Shown piece after piece: positions 22,117 through 36,711 of a DNA stretch of 64,000 nt. A model generated the notes under the pieces. That model saw nothing but the letters and a program-made list of their open reading frames with translations, was not told where the DNA came from and searched no databases. The DNA comes from an uncultured Acidobacteriota bacterium (GTDB lineage Bacteria > Acidobacteriota > Vicinamibacteria > Vicinamibacterales > UBA2999): contig CAVTGK010000010.1 in NCBI GenBank assembly GCA_963734095.1, positions 12,656 to 76,655 on the forward strand. The letters are read 5' to 3'. A program made the position numbers and the translations under genes. Numbering within the stretch: the stretch's first letter is position 1; every line of letters starts with the position of its first letter.

Positions 22117-22934
22117 CCTGGGCACGGAGCCCGTGGGGTGAGGACGTGCTCACCCATATCTCGTGGAGCCTGTTCTGGGCCTCGCTGGTCGGCGGCTTCC
22201 TGTTCCTCATCGCCCACGGCGGCTACATGTTGTTCTCACGACATGTGAAGCGTCCCGCCTCGGAAGTGGACCGCATGGAGGCCGAACGGAAGGGCCTGCC
22301 GGCCCGGATTCCGCGGCACTCGTTCGTGGCGCGCTTCTTTCACTGGGTGATGGCGGCGTCGATGCTCGTCCTGGTGTTCACCGCGTTCCTGCCCGTGATC
22401 GGCGTGCGAATCGACTGGGTCGAGTGGCACTGGATCGCGGGCCTCGTGCTCACCGGATCCATTCTCTTCCACATCGTCCACGCCACGTTCTTCCTCGACT
22501 TCTGGTCGATTTGGGTCGGGCCGAAGGACATCCCGGAGTTCAAGGCCGAGATGATGCGGGATCTTCTCGACAAGGAACCGGGCGGCCCGATGCCGGGTAA
22601 GTACCCGTTGGGCAATCGCCTCTATCACCTGGTCGTGGTGATCGCCGGCCTCGCCGTGATCATCACGGGCATCCTGATGATGTACCGCGTTCGCAATCCG
22701 ATTGTCGCCCGCGATCCATATGTGATGAGCGATCCGGCGTGGGGCCTCACCTACGTGCTTCACGGCCTCGGCGGCGTGGGATTCGTAGGGCTGATCATCG
22801 CCCACATCTACTTCGCGCTGCGGCCCGAAAAGCTGTGGATCACCAAGGCGATGGTCTTCGGCTACATCACGCGCCGGCAGTATCTCGAACACCACGATCC
22901 CGAACGCTGGAGATCCACCTCGCAGGCACAGTGA
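22104..22934 (+). CDS. membrane b-type cytochrome (cytochrome b561 / FdnI-like family)
   Basis: Intact 276-aa ORF overlapping the upstream stop. Several TM helices with conserved His (FVARFFHWVMAASMLVL; WHWIAGLVLTGSILFHIVH; YHLVVVIAG; IIAHIYFAL). Confidence 0.75.
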   Translation: MDFVTWARSPWGEDVLTHISWSLFWASLVGGFLFLIAHGGYMLFSRHVKRPASEVDRMEAERKGLPARIPRHSFVARFFHWVMAASMLVLVFTAFLPVIGVRIDWVEWHWIAGLVLTGSILFHIVHATFFLDFWSIWVGPKDIPEFKAEMMRDLLDKEPGGPMPGKYPLGNRLYHLVVVIAGLAVIITGILMMYRVRNPIVARDPYVMSDPAWGLTYVLHGLGGVGFVGLIIAHIYFALRPEKLWITKAMVFGYITRRQYLEHHDPERWRSTSQAQ

Positions 22935-23329
22935 GCAGCGACCTGCGCGAAGACCTCGCGCGCCGCGTAGATGCCATCGAAGCCGGCTACGAGCTGATGT
23001 TGGCCTACGCGGCGCAGGGACTTCCCTCCGACACCATGGCCGCCAACAGCGGTCAACTTCGCGAGTACCTCCGCCGCTTCGACGAAGCCCTCACCGATCT
23101 CGCCGATCGCTATCGCGAGTTCGTCGTCAGCCAGGACCGGCTCGCGCCGGAGGCCGTCGAAGGGTTTCTCGACGTGCTGACCACCGACGCGCGCTCGGCG
23201 CAGGCCGGCTTGCGTCTGGTCATGGCGCAGCCCAGCATCAGCTCGCAGCTCGTGGACAATCTGAATGCGTCCATCCACGTGCGCGCACTGCTCACCGATA
23301 TCTTTCTGATTGACGAGGCGCTGAAGTAG
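22931..23329 (+). CDS. hypothetical helical protein, translationally coupled to the cytochrome b gene
   Basis: GTG 22931 overlaps TGA 22932-22934 (GTGA). 132 codons, coding-like composition, no recognised motif. Confidence 0.5.
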   Translation: MSSDLREDLARRVDAIEAGYELMLAYAAQGLPSDTMAANSGQLREYLRRFDEALTDLADRYREFVVSQDRLAPEAVEGFLDVLTTDARSAQAGLRLVMAQPSISSQLVDNLNASIHVRALLTDIFLIDEALK

Positions 23330-23332
23330 GCC

Positions 23333-23482
23333 TCGCCGCTTCGCGGCTCGGAGGGCGGCCGCCTGCGGCGCGGAGGGCGGCGCTTCGGCCGGAAGGCTGC
23401 TCGCTAACGCTCGCAGGTAGGCCGGCCATTCGGCCGGAGGGCCGGCGCTCGGCGAGGCGAAGCCGAGCCGCCTACCGGCACG
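23333..23482. repeat. GC-rich tandem-unit block (GGGCGGC.CTTCGG..GGA type), left arm of a split foldback
   Basis: Units CCGCTTCGCGGCTCGGA, GGGCGGCCGCCTGCGGCGCGGA, GGGCGGCGCTTCGGCCGGAA... start directly after stop 23329. Confidence 0.7.
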
Positions 23483-23855
23483 GCTTGACGTCGACGATCA
23501 AGGCCCGCAACTCGGTGGTTCCGATGTTGTCGATGCGATGAGCCATCGGTTCGCGCCAGGCGGTGTCGCCCTGCTTCACGGTCTGCTCCGCGCTTTGCCC
23601 GCCAAGTGGTGTCGAACGAATGCGGCCGTCGCTGAGGAAATGGTACGACGAATGTCTGGTGGCTGTGCAGGGGCTCGGTCTGGCCCGGCTTCAACGCGTA
23701 CTCCAGCACTCGAACACGATCGTTCTCGAGCCTCGTCCGATAGAGATCCGGAGAGACTGTCACAGCGTCCGGCGGAGCTGCGACGCGCGCGTTGCGATTG
23801 TCGATGCCGCGACACCAATCATGATCCCGAAAGCGAGGAGAAGCGTTGGTTTCAT
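23471..23855 (-). CDS. secreted cupin-domain protein; 2 frame shifts (about 23635, about 23790)
   Basis: MKPTLLLAFGIMIGVAASTIATRA / AAPPDAVTVSPDLYRTRLENDRVRVLEYALKPGQTEPLHSHQTFVVPF / LSDGRIRSTPLGGQSAEQTVKQGDTAWREPMAHRIDNIGTTELRALIVDVKPCR, read across three frames. Confidence 0.65.
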
Positions 23856-23877
23856 TTGGAGGCAAGTATAGGCTGGT

Positions 23878-24027
23878 CGTTCTACCAGCCCTTCGGCGAG
23901 CGTAAGCGAGCCGCCCACCGCGAGCGGAGCGAGCGGCCCTTCGGCGAAACGAAGCGAGCCGCCTATCCGTGAGCGAAGCGAACGGCCGTCCGCGAGCGCA
24001 GCGAGCGGCCCGTTAGCAGGACACGCA
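23878..24027. repeat. GC-rich tandem-unit block (GCGAGCGGCCC / AGCGAGCCGCC type), right arm of a split foldback
   Basis: About five units; their reverse complement (GGGCCGCTCGC..CGCGGA) belongs to the same family as 23333-23482 and 33535-33700. Ends before stop 24065(-). Confidence 0.7.
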
Positions 24028-24064
24028 CTTATTGCTGTTCTTTGCGCCCAACTTGACGAGCAGA

Positions 24065-25747
24065 TCACGGGCCTCCGGGAACGGCTCGACGCGCTGCACA
24101 GGGCCGTTGGCCATGTCGGCCGTGCTCTGCCCTTCGCGATTCACTCTTCGCCGGGTCGGCGCCCTTCGAGACCAGGTAGAGAATCATCTCGACGTCACCA
24201 CGGGCCGCCGCCTGGTGGAGCGCGGTACTGCCATCGTGATCGACGGCATTGACGTCAGCCCCGAGCTCTTCGACCAGATACTTCACGGCCGCCAACATAC
24301 CGGATGGCGCGAACCGATGCGCGTTGCCGGCGAAGCCTTCGCCATACCCCGCGCCCGCAGCCGCCTGGAGCGGCGGCACGCCGGGACCGCCAATCGGAAT
24401 CGGCGGTTTGCCCGATCGATCCTCGATGGGGGTGGCCTGCCCCGCGTCTCCTCTCGTCGTGCGACCCGCCGGTTTCGTCGTCGGCAGATGCGGATCGGCA
24501 CCGCTCGCGACCAGGAGCCGCATCGCCTCGATGTCACTCGCATAGGCGGCGCGCCAGAATGGCGTTGCTCCGACTTCATCGACGCGCAGCACATCGAAGT
24601 TGTACGAGCTGAACCAGAGCTTTCGCTTGAGCCGCGCGTTTGGATCCGCGCCCTTGGCAAGCAGCGTCTTCATCAAGTCGAGGTATGACACCCGCTGCTG
24701 GAGATACGCTCTCGGCTGCGGATAGAACGCCTTGGGCGCCCACTGCACGTTGAGCGCCGCGTAGAGCGGGGTCGTTCCTGCCTCACTTGCCAACGTGACC
24801 GATGCGCCCCGCTCGATCATGGTCATCGCGAGATCGAAGTGGCCGTTGATGACCGCGATCAGCAAGGGGCTGGTTCGGTCGCCCGGACTCACCTGATTGA
24901 TGTCGGCGCCGCCGTCGAGCAACGCGAGCACGGTATCCGTCGCTCCCTGCCTCGCGGCGAGCAGCAGGGCCGTCAACCCGCCCTGCCGACCAATCAACTC
25001 GTTGTAGCGGAATGGCCTGGTAACGCCGGCAATGTCCACGCCACGAGGGGCCGGCGCAGCGGGCGTCGCAGATCCGCCCGCGCCGCCAGACCCGCCCTGA
25101 CCAGGCCGACGCTGCGCTTGCTGTAGTGCCTCCTCGCCTGGCGCGGCCGTCAGCGCTTCGAGGTCGATCACCTTGGTCGCGGTCGCGACCGCTGCCCCGC
25201 GCGCGAGCAGCGACCTCACCACATCCGCGCGATCGAGCGCCGCTGCAAACATGAGCGCCGTCTGGCCCTGGGCCGACTCGGTCGCGTTGACGTCGGCGCC
25301 GGCATCGATCAGTCGATTCGTCGCTGGCGCACTGCCGGACGCGGCCGCCAACATCAGCGGGGTGGCGCCGGTCGTCGTGGGTTGATTCACGGGCGCGCCG
25401 CGCGCGAGCAGTTGCTCGATGACGCCGGCGGAACCCGATTGCGCCGCCAGATGCAGCGGGACGTAGCCACCCAGTCGTGACTGCGCCCGAACGTTGCCCC
25501 CGGCCTGGAGCAGCATGGTCGTCATCTCGCTATCGCCGTGCATGGCGGCCCAGTGAAGAGCCGTCATGCCGTCCCCCTGCGCGGCGTTGACGTCGGCACC
25601 GCTCTTCAGCAACGCGCGGACGGCCGAAAGATCACGCGCCTGGGCCGAGGTGGCGACCGGCGCTTCGCCAGGCGACGCGCCGACGATGGCGACCAACCCC
25701 CAACCGATGAACGCCGCGACGAGTCCGCCTCGAATGATGCTCTGCAT
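24065..25747 (-). CDS. secreted ankyrin-repeat protein
   Basis: Intact ORF. Start MQSIIRGGLVAAFIGWGLVAIVGA (25747). More than 10 ANK-like repeats (G.TALHWAAMHGD, PLHLAAQSG, TPLMLAAASG, TALMFAAAL...). Confidence 0.85.
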   Translation of the reverse strand: MQSIIRGGLVAAFIGWGLVAIVGASPGEAPVATSAQARDLSAVRALLKSGADVNAAQGDGMTALHWAAMHGDSEMTTMLLQAGGNVRAQSRLGGYVPLHLAAQSGSAGVIEQLLARGAPVNQPTTTGATPLMLAAASGSAPATNRLIDAGADVNATESAQGQTALMFAAALDRADVVRSLLARGAAVATATKVIDLEALTAAPGEEALQQAQRRPGQGGSGGAGGSATPAAPAPRGVDIAGVTRPFRYNELIGRQGGLTALLLAARQGATDTVLALLDGGADINQVSPGDRTSPLLIAVINGHFDLAMTMIERGASVTLASEAGTTPLYAALNVQWAPKAFYPQPRAYLQQRVSYLDLMKTLLAKGADPNARLKRKLWFSSYNFDVLRVDEVGATPFWRAAYASDIEAMRLLVASGADPHLPTTKPAGRTTRGDAGQATPIEDRSGKPPIPIGGPGVPPLQAAAGAGYGEGFAGNAHRFAPSGMLAAVKYLVEELGADVNAVDHDGSTALHQAAARGDVEMILYLVSKGADPAKSESRRAEHGRHGQRPCAARRAVPGGP

Positions 25748-25757
25748 TCCGAGATCC

Positions 25758-27161
25758 TCAGGCGGTCGCGCGAGCCTCGACCGCATTCAAGTCGAGCGCA
25801 CGCGTGCTATCGCCGAATTGATCGATTTCAAGGCCGGTCATCTTGAGCACCGACAGCATGGCATTGGCCATTGGCGTGCCATCTGCGGTCTTGATGTGCA
25901 TGTGGCCCTTGAGCTTTCCGCCCGCGTGGCCCGCAAACAGCAGCGGGCAGCGCTTGTGGTTGTGCACATTCGAATTGCCCATCGGCGATCCGTAAATCAC
26001 CACCGAGTTTTCGAGCAGATTGCGCTCGCCATCAGCGGTCGCTTTCAGGCGATCGAGGAGGTACGGCAGCAGCCCGACGTGGTAGCGATTGATCTTCGCG
26101 AATTCCAGAATGCGCTCGTCGCGGTCCTGGTGGTGCGAAGCGATGTGGAAGCCGGTCGTGACGCCCGCCTCGCGATACACACGGTTCGAGACATCACGGC
26201 TCATCTTGAACGCGAACACGCGCGTGATGTCCGACGCAAAGGCAAGCGCCTGGAGATCGAACATCAGCTTGACGTGCTCTTCGTAGGAGTCGGGAACGCC
26301 GGCCGGCGCGCCCGGCAGTTCACGCTCTTCACCGCTGCGATTGAACGCCTCGACTTTCTGAATGCGACGTTCCACCTCTCGAACGTCCTCGAGATAGTCG
26401 GATAACCGAGCGCGATCGGCGGCGCCCAACGTGTTGTTGAGCCGACCCACCGAATCGGCCACCCAGTCGAGGATGCTTTGGTCTTTGCGACGACGCGCCG
26501 CGCGCTGCTCGGGCGTCGCGCCGACTCCGAACAACTGATCGAAGACCAGGCGCGGGTCGCGGATCATCGGCAGCGGCTCGCTTGGGGACGCCCAACTGAT
26601 CGAATCGGTGTAGGCGCAGGAATAACCGTAGAAGCATCCGCCCGCCTGATCCACGTTCTCGATGCAGAGTTGCATCGACGGGATGGGCGTCTCCGCTCCG
26701 AAGGCTTGGGCCACGAGCTGATCGAGCGACGTGCCCGCATGGAGGTCGGAGCCCTGCGTCTGACGTGGATGCGACTGCGTCAGGAACACGGCGGCGGATC
26801 GGAAGTGGTCCCCGCCGATTTCGGGCGGCGTGAAGGCTTCCGCGTTCCTCACGTCGGTGTTGCTGACAATCGTGATGTGACGTCGATACGCCTCCAGTGG
26901 ACTCAACACGCTGGAAGACACATCGAACTCCGACCCGACTTCCGCCGGCGACCACAGATTCTTCTGCTGGCCGAACGCCGTCGCGCCCGCCGAGCCGTGG
27001 ACCATCTCGATCGCAATCAGTCGTGGTCGCGCGGCGGGCGGTTGCGCCGCCAGACCACGCGTTGGCAGCATGGCTTCGAGCAGCGGAATCGAAACCGTGA
27101 CGCCCATGCCCTTCAGCACCGTCCGGCGCGAAATCGGTTGTCGTCGAATCAGCATGGTCAC
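25758..27161 (-). CDS. DUF1552 domain-containing protein (Tat leader)
   Basis: Intact 467-aa ORF. ISRRTVLKGMGVTVSIPLLEAMLP leader and the typical DUF1552 body. ATGA overlap with the upstream DUF1592 gene. Confidence 0.9.
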   Translation of the reverse strand: MTMLIRRQPISRRTVLKGMGVTVSIPLLEAMLPTRGLAAQPPAARPRLIAIEMVHGSAGATAFGQQKNLWSPAEVGSEFDVSSSVLSPLEAYRRHITIVSNTDVRNAEAFTPPEIGGDHFRSAAVFLTQSHPRQTQGSDLHAGTSLDQLVAQAFGAETPIPSMQLCIENVDQAGGCFYGYSCAYTDSISWASPSEPLPMIRDPRLVFDQLFGVGATPEQRAARRRKDQSILDWVADSVGRLNNTLGAADRARLSDYLEDVREVERRIQKVEAFNRSGEERELPGAPAGVPDSYEEHVKLMFDLQALAFASDITRVFAFKMSRDVSNRVYREAGVTTGFHIASHHQDRDERILEFAKINRYHVGLLPYLLDRLKATADGERNLLENSVVIYGSPMGNSNVHNHKRCPLLFAGHAGGKLKGHMHIKTADGTPMANAMLSVLKMTGLEIDQFGDSTRALDLNAVEARATA

Positions 27162-29632
27162 TCCGTGGTCGGCGCGCCACTGGTGGACTGAAAAGCGGCG
27201 CTGGCGACGATACCCAGCACGAACGACGAGAGCCGGTTTCCATTCTGGCCCGCTCGTTTCACGATCGCCCGCACAGTGGGCATATCAGATGCTTCCAATC
27301 GGCGGCCGAGCGCGTAGGTCATCAGCCGTTCGGTGAAACTGAGGAGCACCGCGTCCTCGTGTTTGAGGAGCGCCTCGCGCAAGCCGGCGGGCCCGTTCAT
27401 CTTGGTCCCGTCGTACAAGTCGCCGCTGGCATCAATCGGCACCTCATTGTCTTTGATCCGCCACTTCCCGGTGACGTCGAAATTGTCGAGGGCAAGGCCC
27501 AACGGATCGATCACTCGATGACACGACGTGCAGGCCGGATTCTTTCGATGCTCCTCCATCCGCTCACGCACGGACAGGAGCCTGCCCGGCGACCGCCGCT
27601 TTGGTGGCCTCGAATGCCGGCACATCGGCTGGCGGTGGCGGTGGCGGCGACCCGAGCAGCACTTCCATCACCCACTTGCCGCGCATCACCGGTGACGTGC
27701 GATCGGCGACCGAGGTCAACGTCAGGATGCTGCCGTGACCAAGAATGCCGCGGCGATAGTCGGGAACCGTGACCCGCTGAAAGGCTGGACCACTGACGTT
27801 CGGGATGCCGTAATGACGAGCGATGCGCTCGTTGACAAACGTGTAGTCGGCGGTGATCAGGTCGAGGACGCTGCGATCCTCACGCACGAGGCTGTCGAAG
27901 AAAAGCTCGGTTTCGCGTTTGAACGCCTGCCCCAACGAGTGATCGAAATACGGATACAACAGGGCGTCCGGCAACATCTGATCGACGTCGTTGAGCCGCA
28001 GCCACTGCGAGGCAAAACGAGTGGCGAGCGCCTCGGACCTCGGATCCGCCAGCATGCGCCGCACTTGCCTCTCGACCGCTCCTGGCGCGGTCAGCCGGCC
28101 GTCAGCCGCCAGTTGGAGCAACTCGGCATCGGGAGCGGCGCCCCAGAGGAAAAACGAGAGGCGCGATGCCAGCTCACGGTCGCGCAGCCGATAGGCCCGT
28201 CCGGCGGCCGCCACGGCCGGCACCGGCTCGACGCGGAAGAGGAACTGCGGGCTCGCGAGCATCGCTTCGATCGCCGACCCGACACCGGACTCGAACCCCC
28301 GCTCGCGGCGACCGTCCTCGTAGAACTGCAACAAGGCGGCGAAGTCGCTTTCGCGACACGGGACCGCGAAACGCCTGCGTCGCCAAACGCTGGATGATGC
28401 TGCGCGCGCACGGCATTTCCTCGTCGGGACTCGTCGGGCGACAAGTGAAGACCTTGCGACGACTTGCCGTCTCCGAGACACCAGTGGGCCGATAAGGACC
28501 CACGATGCTCAAGTCCTTCAGGTGCGGCAAGGTCGTGATTCCGAAGGCCACGCCGATCTGCGTATCGGCGAGCGTGTGCTCGATCGGCGCCAGCAGGTCG
28601 ATCACAGGTCCCTCGAATTGCTGCAGGAACGCCGCCGAGACGCGCTTGGCTCCGGCCGTAATGTGAATCGGCGCCGTCTTGAGCGTGACGCCCGTCGTGG
28701 CCTCTGTCATTCGCGGATCGATATCGAGGAGCGCCGACCGTGCACCGTCGATGGACAGCTCCAGCTTTTCTCCGGTCGTGGTTCCGCCAAACAAAACACC
28801 GCACGCGTTGCCATGCAGATCCATGCGGAAGACGTAATCGCCGTCGGCTGGAAACGTGTGCAGGACCGAGAGTCCCCCGCGCGTCCCGAGTGGGGCGCCC
28901 TCGGCACGACGCAGTTGCGAGGCGGTCTTGGCGACCTTGTAGTTAGCCTCGCTCGCCGAGGCCTCCGCGTCGCCGAGCGCCAGCATCGTGACCTTGCCGG
29001 CGGCGCGCAGATAACTCGACAGCAACGTCGGCGAGAACGTCTGGGCGTCGGCAATGTTGTCGAAACCGTCGCTGATCGTGTCGGCCGGCAAAAGTGCGGC
29101 GACGTCGATGTCGACATCGAGCAGGTCCTTGACCGCGCGCGCATACTCGGCGCGATTGAGCCGCTGGAAAGGCCGCCACCCCGGCGTGGGCCTGGCGGCT
29201 GCGGCCGCGTCGAGACGCCCCTCGAGCGCCGCCACCAGCGCAGTCAATGCTTCGGGTGCCGGGCGCTTGGCGCCCGGTGGCGGCATCATCCCAAGCCGTA
29301 GCTTTCGCACCATCTTCTCCGCGACGTCAGCGTGCTGCGCGGCCGTCGTCACGTCGAAAGAGGCCAGCGACACCCCCCCGGCGCGACCGCGCTCGCTGTG
29401 ACAAACGGCGCAGGACCTGTTTGACCGTGGCGGTTTGTGCCTCGGCCGCCGTTCGAGGCGATGGCGCGCTGGCCGCGGCAGCCAACGGGCGAACGTCTGA
29501 CTGTCGATGTGAGACGGCGGGGGTCGGCTTTTGTGTGCCCGGGGCAGCCGGCGGTTGCGCGCGACCGCTGGTACCGGTCAACCCGAGCGCAATGAGTGCG
29601 GTGACGAGAATTCCAGCGCTGGCTCGTCTCAT
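27158..29632 (-). CDS. DUF1592/DUF1588/DUF1585-family protein with N-terminal CxxCH haem motif; frame-disrupted (>=3 shifts)
   Basis: Pieces 29327-29722, 28174-29373, 27564-28481 and 27158-27625. A shifted reading near 29400 gives SCAVCHSERGRAGGVSLASFDV. FQRLNRAEYARAVKDLL; C-terminal CTSCHRVIDPLGLALDNFD (DUF1585). Confidence 0.85.
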
Positions 29633-29796
29633 GGGCAAAGGCGGGCGCTTCGAACGCCACCCGTAAACCCGCCAAAAAACGGGCTCTAGAAGTATAGTCG
29701 GTGGCGCCGTCCGAGTCGTCACGCGATATCTCCGCGTCGGGGATGCCGACCTGTTTCCGGCGCGTAATGGCTCGGCTGGGAAGGAGCCGCCACGTC

Positions 29797-33531
<3,735 letters not shown>

Positions 33532-33534
33532 AAG

Positions 33535-33700
33535 GCCGCTGGTCGCGGAGGCCGCTTCGCGGGAAGGCCGCTTCGCGGAGGGGCAGCTTCGCTGGAGGGC
33601 CGCTTCGCGGAAGGGCTGCTTCGCAGAAGGGCCGGCCTCGCTTCGCTCGGCTGGAAGGCCGCGCCTCCGGCGCGGAAGGGTCTCGAGCGCCCTCCCTGGC
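33535..33700. repeat. tandem GGCCGCTTCGCGGA(A/G)G-type units; left arm of a split foldback
   Basis: At least 5 units directly after the argG stop. 33630-33658 matches the reverse complement of 37904-37933 at 26/29 positions. Confidence 0.8.
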
Positions 33701-33934
33701 TCGTAGGTCGGGTCAGGCGTTCAGGGACGTTCCCACTCTTAGAGCGTGTAACAAAACCTCCGAAACATGCTCCTGGCGGCTACCGGTTAGCACGTCGTAG
33801 AGCCGAATTTTCATCTTTGTTGCCCGAGTTGCCGCGGACCTCACGTCCTGCAAACGCAAATCATCACGGCCGCGCCGGCAAACGGCGTCGCTGGTTCACC
33901 TGCGAGCATAGTCGAGGGAAAGGTCTACAACCGA

Positions 33935-36632
33935 TCATTGGTTCTCGGGCGTCACCACGTCCATGATCCAGATGTCGCCGAGATCGACGCTCCAGGTGAG
34001 GTACAGATCGCGTTCGCCAACGGCCAAGTCTAGGCTGCCCAAATTACCTTGCCTGCCTGAAAAACGTGTCACCCGCCGCTCCTTGCCGTCGGCGAGCGTG
34101 AATTCCCAAATGTCATTACACCCTCGCAGTCGGAACGTGCCGGGTGGAAAGCATGGGGGTTCGAAATAAACGCGCTTGCCATCTGGTGACCACCGGAAGA
34201 AATACGCAGGACCCTGAGTCACCCGTCGTGGAGGTCCCCCTGAGGGAGGCACCCACCATAGACGGTAGATGCCATCGTCAAGATTCGTAGAGAAAGCCAA
34301 CTGTTTCCCATCCGGGGACCATTGTGGAAAGAAACTCCATGGCGATCCCGTTACCACCTGGCTGACCTCGCCGCCCGTGGCGGGCATCACAAAGATGCCT
34401 CCTCCAGCCCTGGTGGAGGAGAACGCGATGTTCTGGTTGTCAGGAGACCATGAGGGGATACTGGTCCTCCCCTTCACCCGTGGTCAGCTGAACTGCCGGC
34501 CCTCCGTCTGCTGGGACCACCCAGATCTTGCGATCCCCACTTCTATAGGAAAAGAACGCGATCTGCTTTCCATCTGGCGATAGGCGTGGACCGAAATCCG
34601 GAGCTCGGTCGCTGGTTATCTGTCTCGGATCGTTCCCGTGAATCGGCAGGCTCCAGATGTTTTGAATCCCGCCTCGATCGGAGTCGACAAGCAGGTGTCC
34701 TGCGTCCGGCAGGAGATCGAGCTGGGTGATCCTCGCGTAGTCGAACGTGAGTTGCTCGGCGTCAGCCCAGACCGCCTCGCGATCTTCGCGAATGGGCACG
34801 CGCCACACGTTGGCCACGATGCGACCTTTCGAATAGGCCAACTTCCGCCCATCGGGAGTGAAGGCCGCCCGCCGCATGTCAATCCCCACGGTGATCGGCA
34901 CCGCCTCGCCTTCGGGCCGTCCGTCCGTCGAGATGTGTTGTTGCCACAGGTCCATGCTCCCTTTGCGGTTGGAGACGAAGAAGAGCGTGCGTCCGTCCCT
35001 GGACCACTTCGGGCTCCAATCGCTCGATATTCCTCCGGTGATGGAGAATGCTTGTGCGTCCGAGGCGCGCAGCAGCCAGATGCGCGAGGCCACCGATGCA
35101 TCGTTGGGGGCGCGCACGTAGGCGAAGAGGCTTCTGTCGGGGGACCAGCTCAGATCAAAGCGATTGCCTCCCCCGCCTGGAATCCGCATGCGACGCGACG
35201 CGCGGGTTCTCAGCGTCACGATTTCGATGAACGTCGCCTCCGGGATACACCGCGACGTACGCAAGCTCTGCCCCGTCCGTCGACCACGCTGGACTGGCAA
35301 ATGCCTGCACATCTGCAGATGCACGTGGCGACATCCGGGTCGCCTGCCCTCCGATCGCAGGGATCACATAGATGCCCCCGCCGTCTCGGTCCGACACAAA
35401 CGCGATCTGATTTCCGTCGGGCGACCAGGCCGGCTCTATGTCGAGTTCTTTGTGATCGGCGGTGAGGTTGACTGCAGGTCCTCCGGTCGGCTGTGCCACC
35501 CAGATATCCGCGTTGCCGCTCTGGTCCGAGTCGTACGCGATGCGTCCACCATCCGGCGACCACGTCGGATGATTCTCGAGACCGGCAGCGGACGTGACTT
35601 GGACCGGGTTCTCGACGCGAGGCACGATGACCTGCGGACGGTTTCGTTGACCTCAAGAGGCCGACGCCAACGAGGAGTAGTAGTCCAGCAGCAGCCACGA
35701 TCAGCAAGCCCACGTTCGTTGATGTCAGGCGAGTTTTTCGAATGGGTTGCGATGAGCCGAGAAGCTCTCCGGATTCGAGCTCTCGTCTGAGCTCGCTCAG
35801 CTCGTTCCGGATGTCGAGCGCGCTCTGGACGCGCTTCGAGACGTCTTTCGAAAGGCAGCGTCGCACTAACCTCGATAGCTCGCGAGGAATCCCCGAACGA
35901 ACCTCGGAAATTGACGGCGGGACATCCTTGATGATCGAGGAGATACGTCGGAAGGCGTGGGTCCCTCGAATGGCGGACGTCCCGTCAACATCTCATAGAA
36001 GACGATCCCCAGCGAGAAGATGTCGGAGCGCGCATCGATAGTGTCTCCACGCGCCTGCTCCGGAGACATGTACTTGCACGTGCCAACGATGACTCCCTGC
36101 TCGGTCTGTGCCGCCGTGAGGAGATTGCTGGCCGCGCCGGCCCCGGCGAGTCGGTCGCTGGCCTGTGCAAGGCCGAAGTCGAGCACTTTCACGCGCCCAT
36201 CGAGATCGACCATCACGTTTCCGGGCTTCAGATCGCGATGCACGATGCCCTGGGCGTGAGCGGCGGCGACGGCATCGGCAAGGGCGACCGCGATATCGAA
36301 AAACCTCTCCAGCGCGAACCCCTGCCTGGGCAAGAGCGCGGCGAGGGTGGCTCCCTTTACCAGTTCCATCGTGATGAAATGGACGCCGTCGACCGCTTCT
36401 ACCGAGTGAACCGTGACGATGTTGGGGTGATTGAGCGCAGCGATGGCCCGCGCTTCTCGTTCAAAACGCGCGCGACCCAATTCGCTGTCGGCCAGCTCCG
36501 GAGGCAGAATCTTGAGGGCAATTTCGCGATTCAGCTTCGTATCGCGCGCCCGATACACTTCGCCCATCCCGCCGGCCCCAGGACAGAGAGGATTTCGTAC
36601 GGTCCAAGGCGCGTGCCAGCGGACAGGGACAT
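33935..36632 (-). CDS. Ser/Thr protein kinase fused to TolB-like PD40/WD40 beta-propeller repeats; frame-disrupted (>=5 shifts)
   Basis: MSLSAGTRLGPYEILSVLG (shift in a C4 run at 36576-36579), then GGMGEVYRARD, HRDLKPGNVMV, DFGLA, YMSPEQ. A TM segment, then repeated WSPDG...IAF/LAF propeller blades down to the stop at 33935. Confidence 0.85.
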
Positions 36633-36711
36633 GAGAGTCGAGGGCGATTGTAGCGACGTTGCCCCCTTGCTGCAAAGAGAAAGGACACCCCCTCAGGCTC
36701 GCTGCCCAGCG

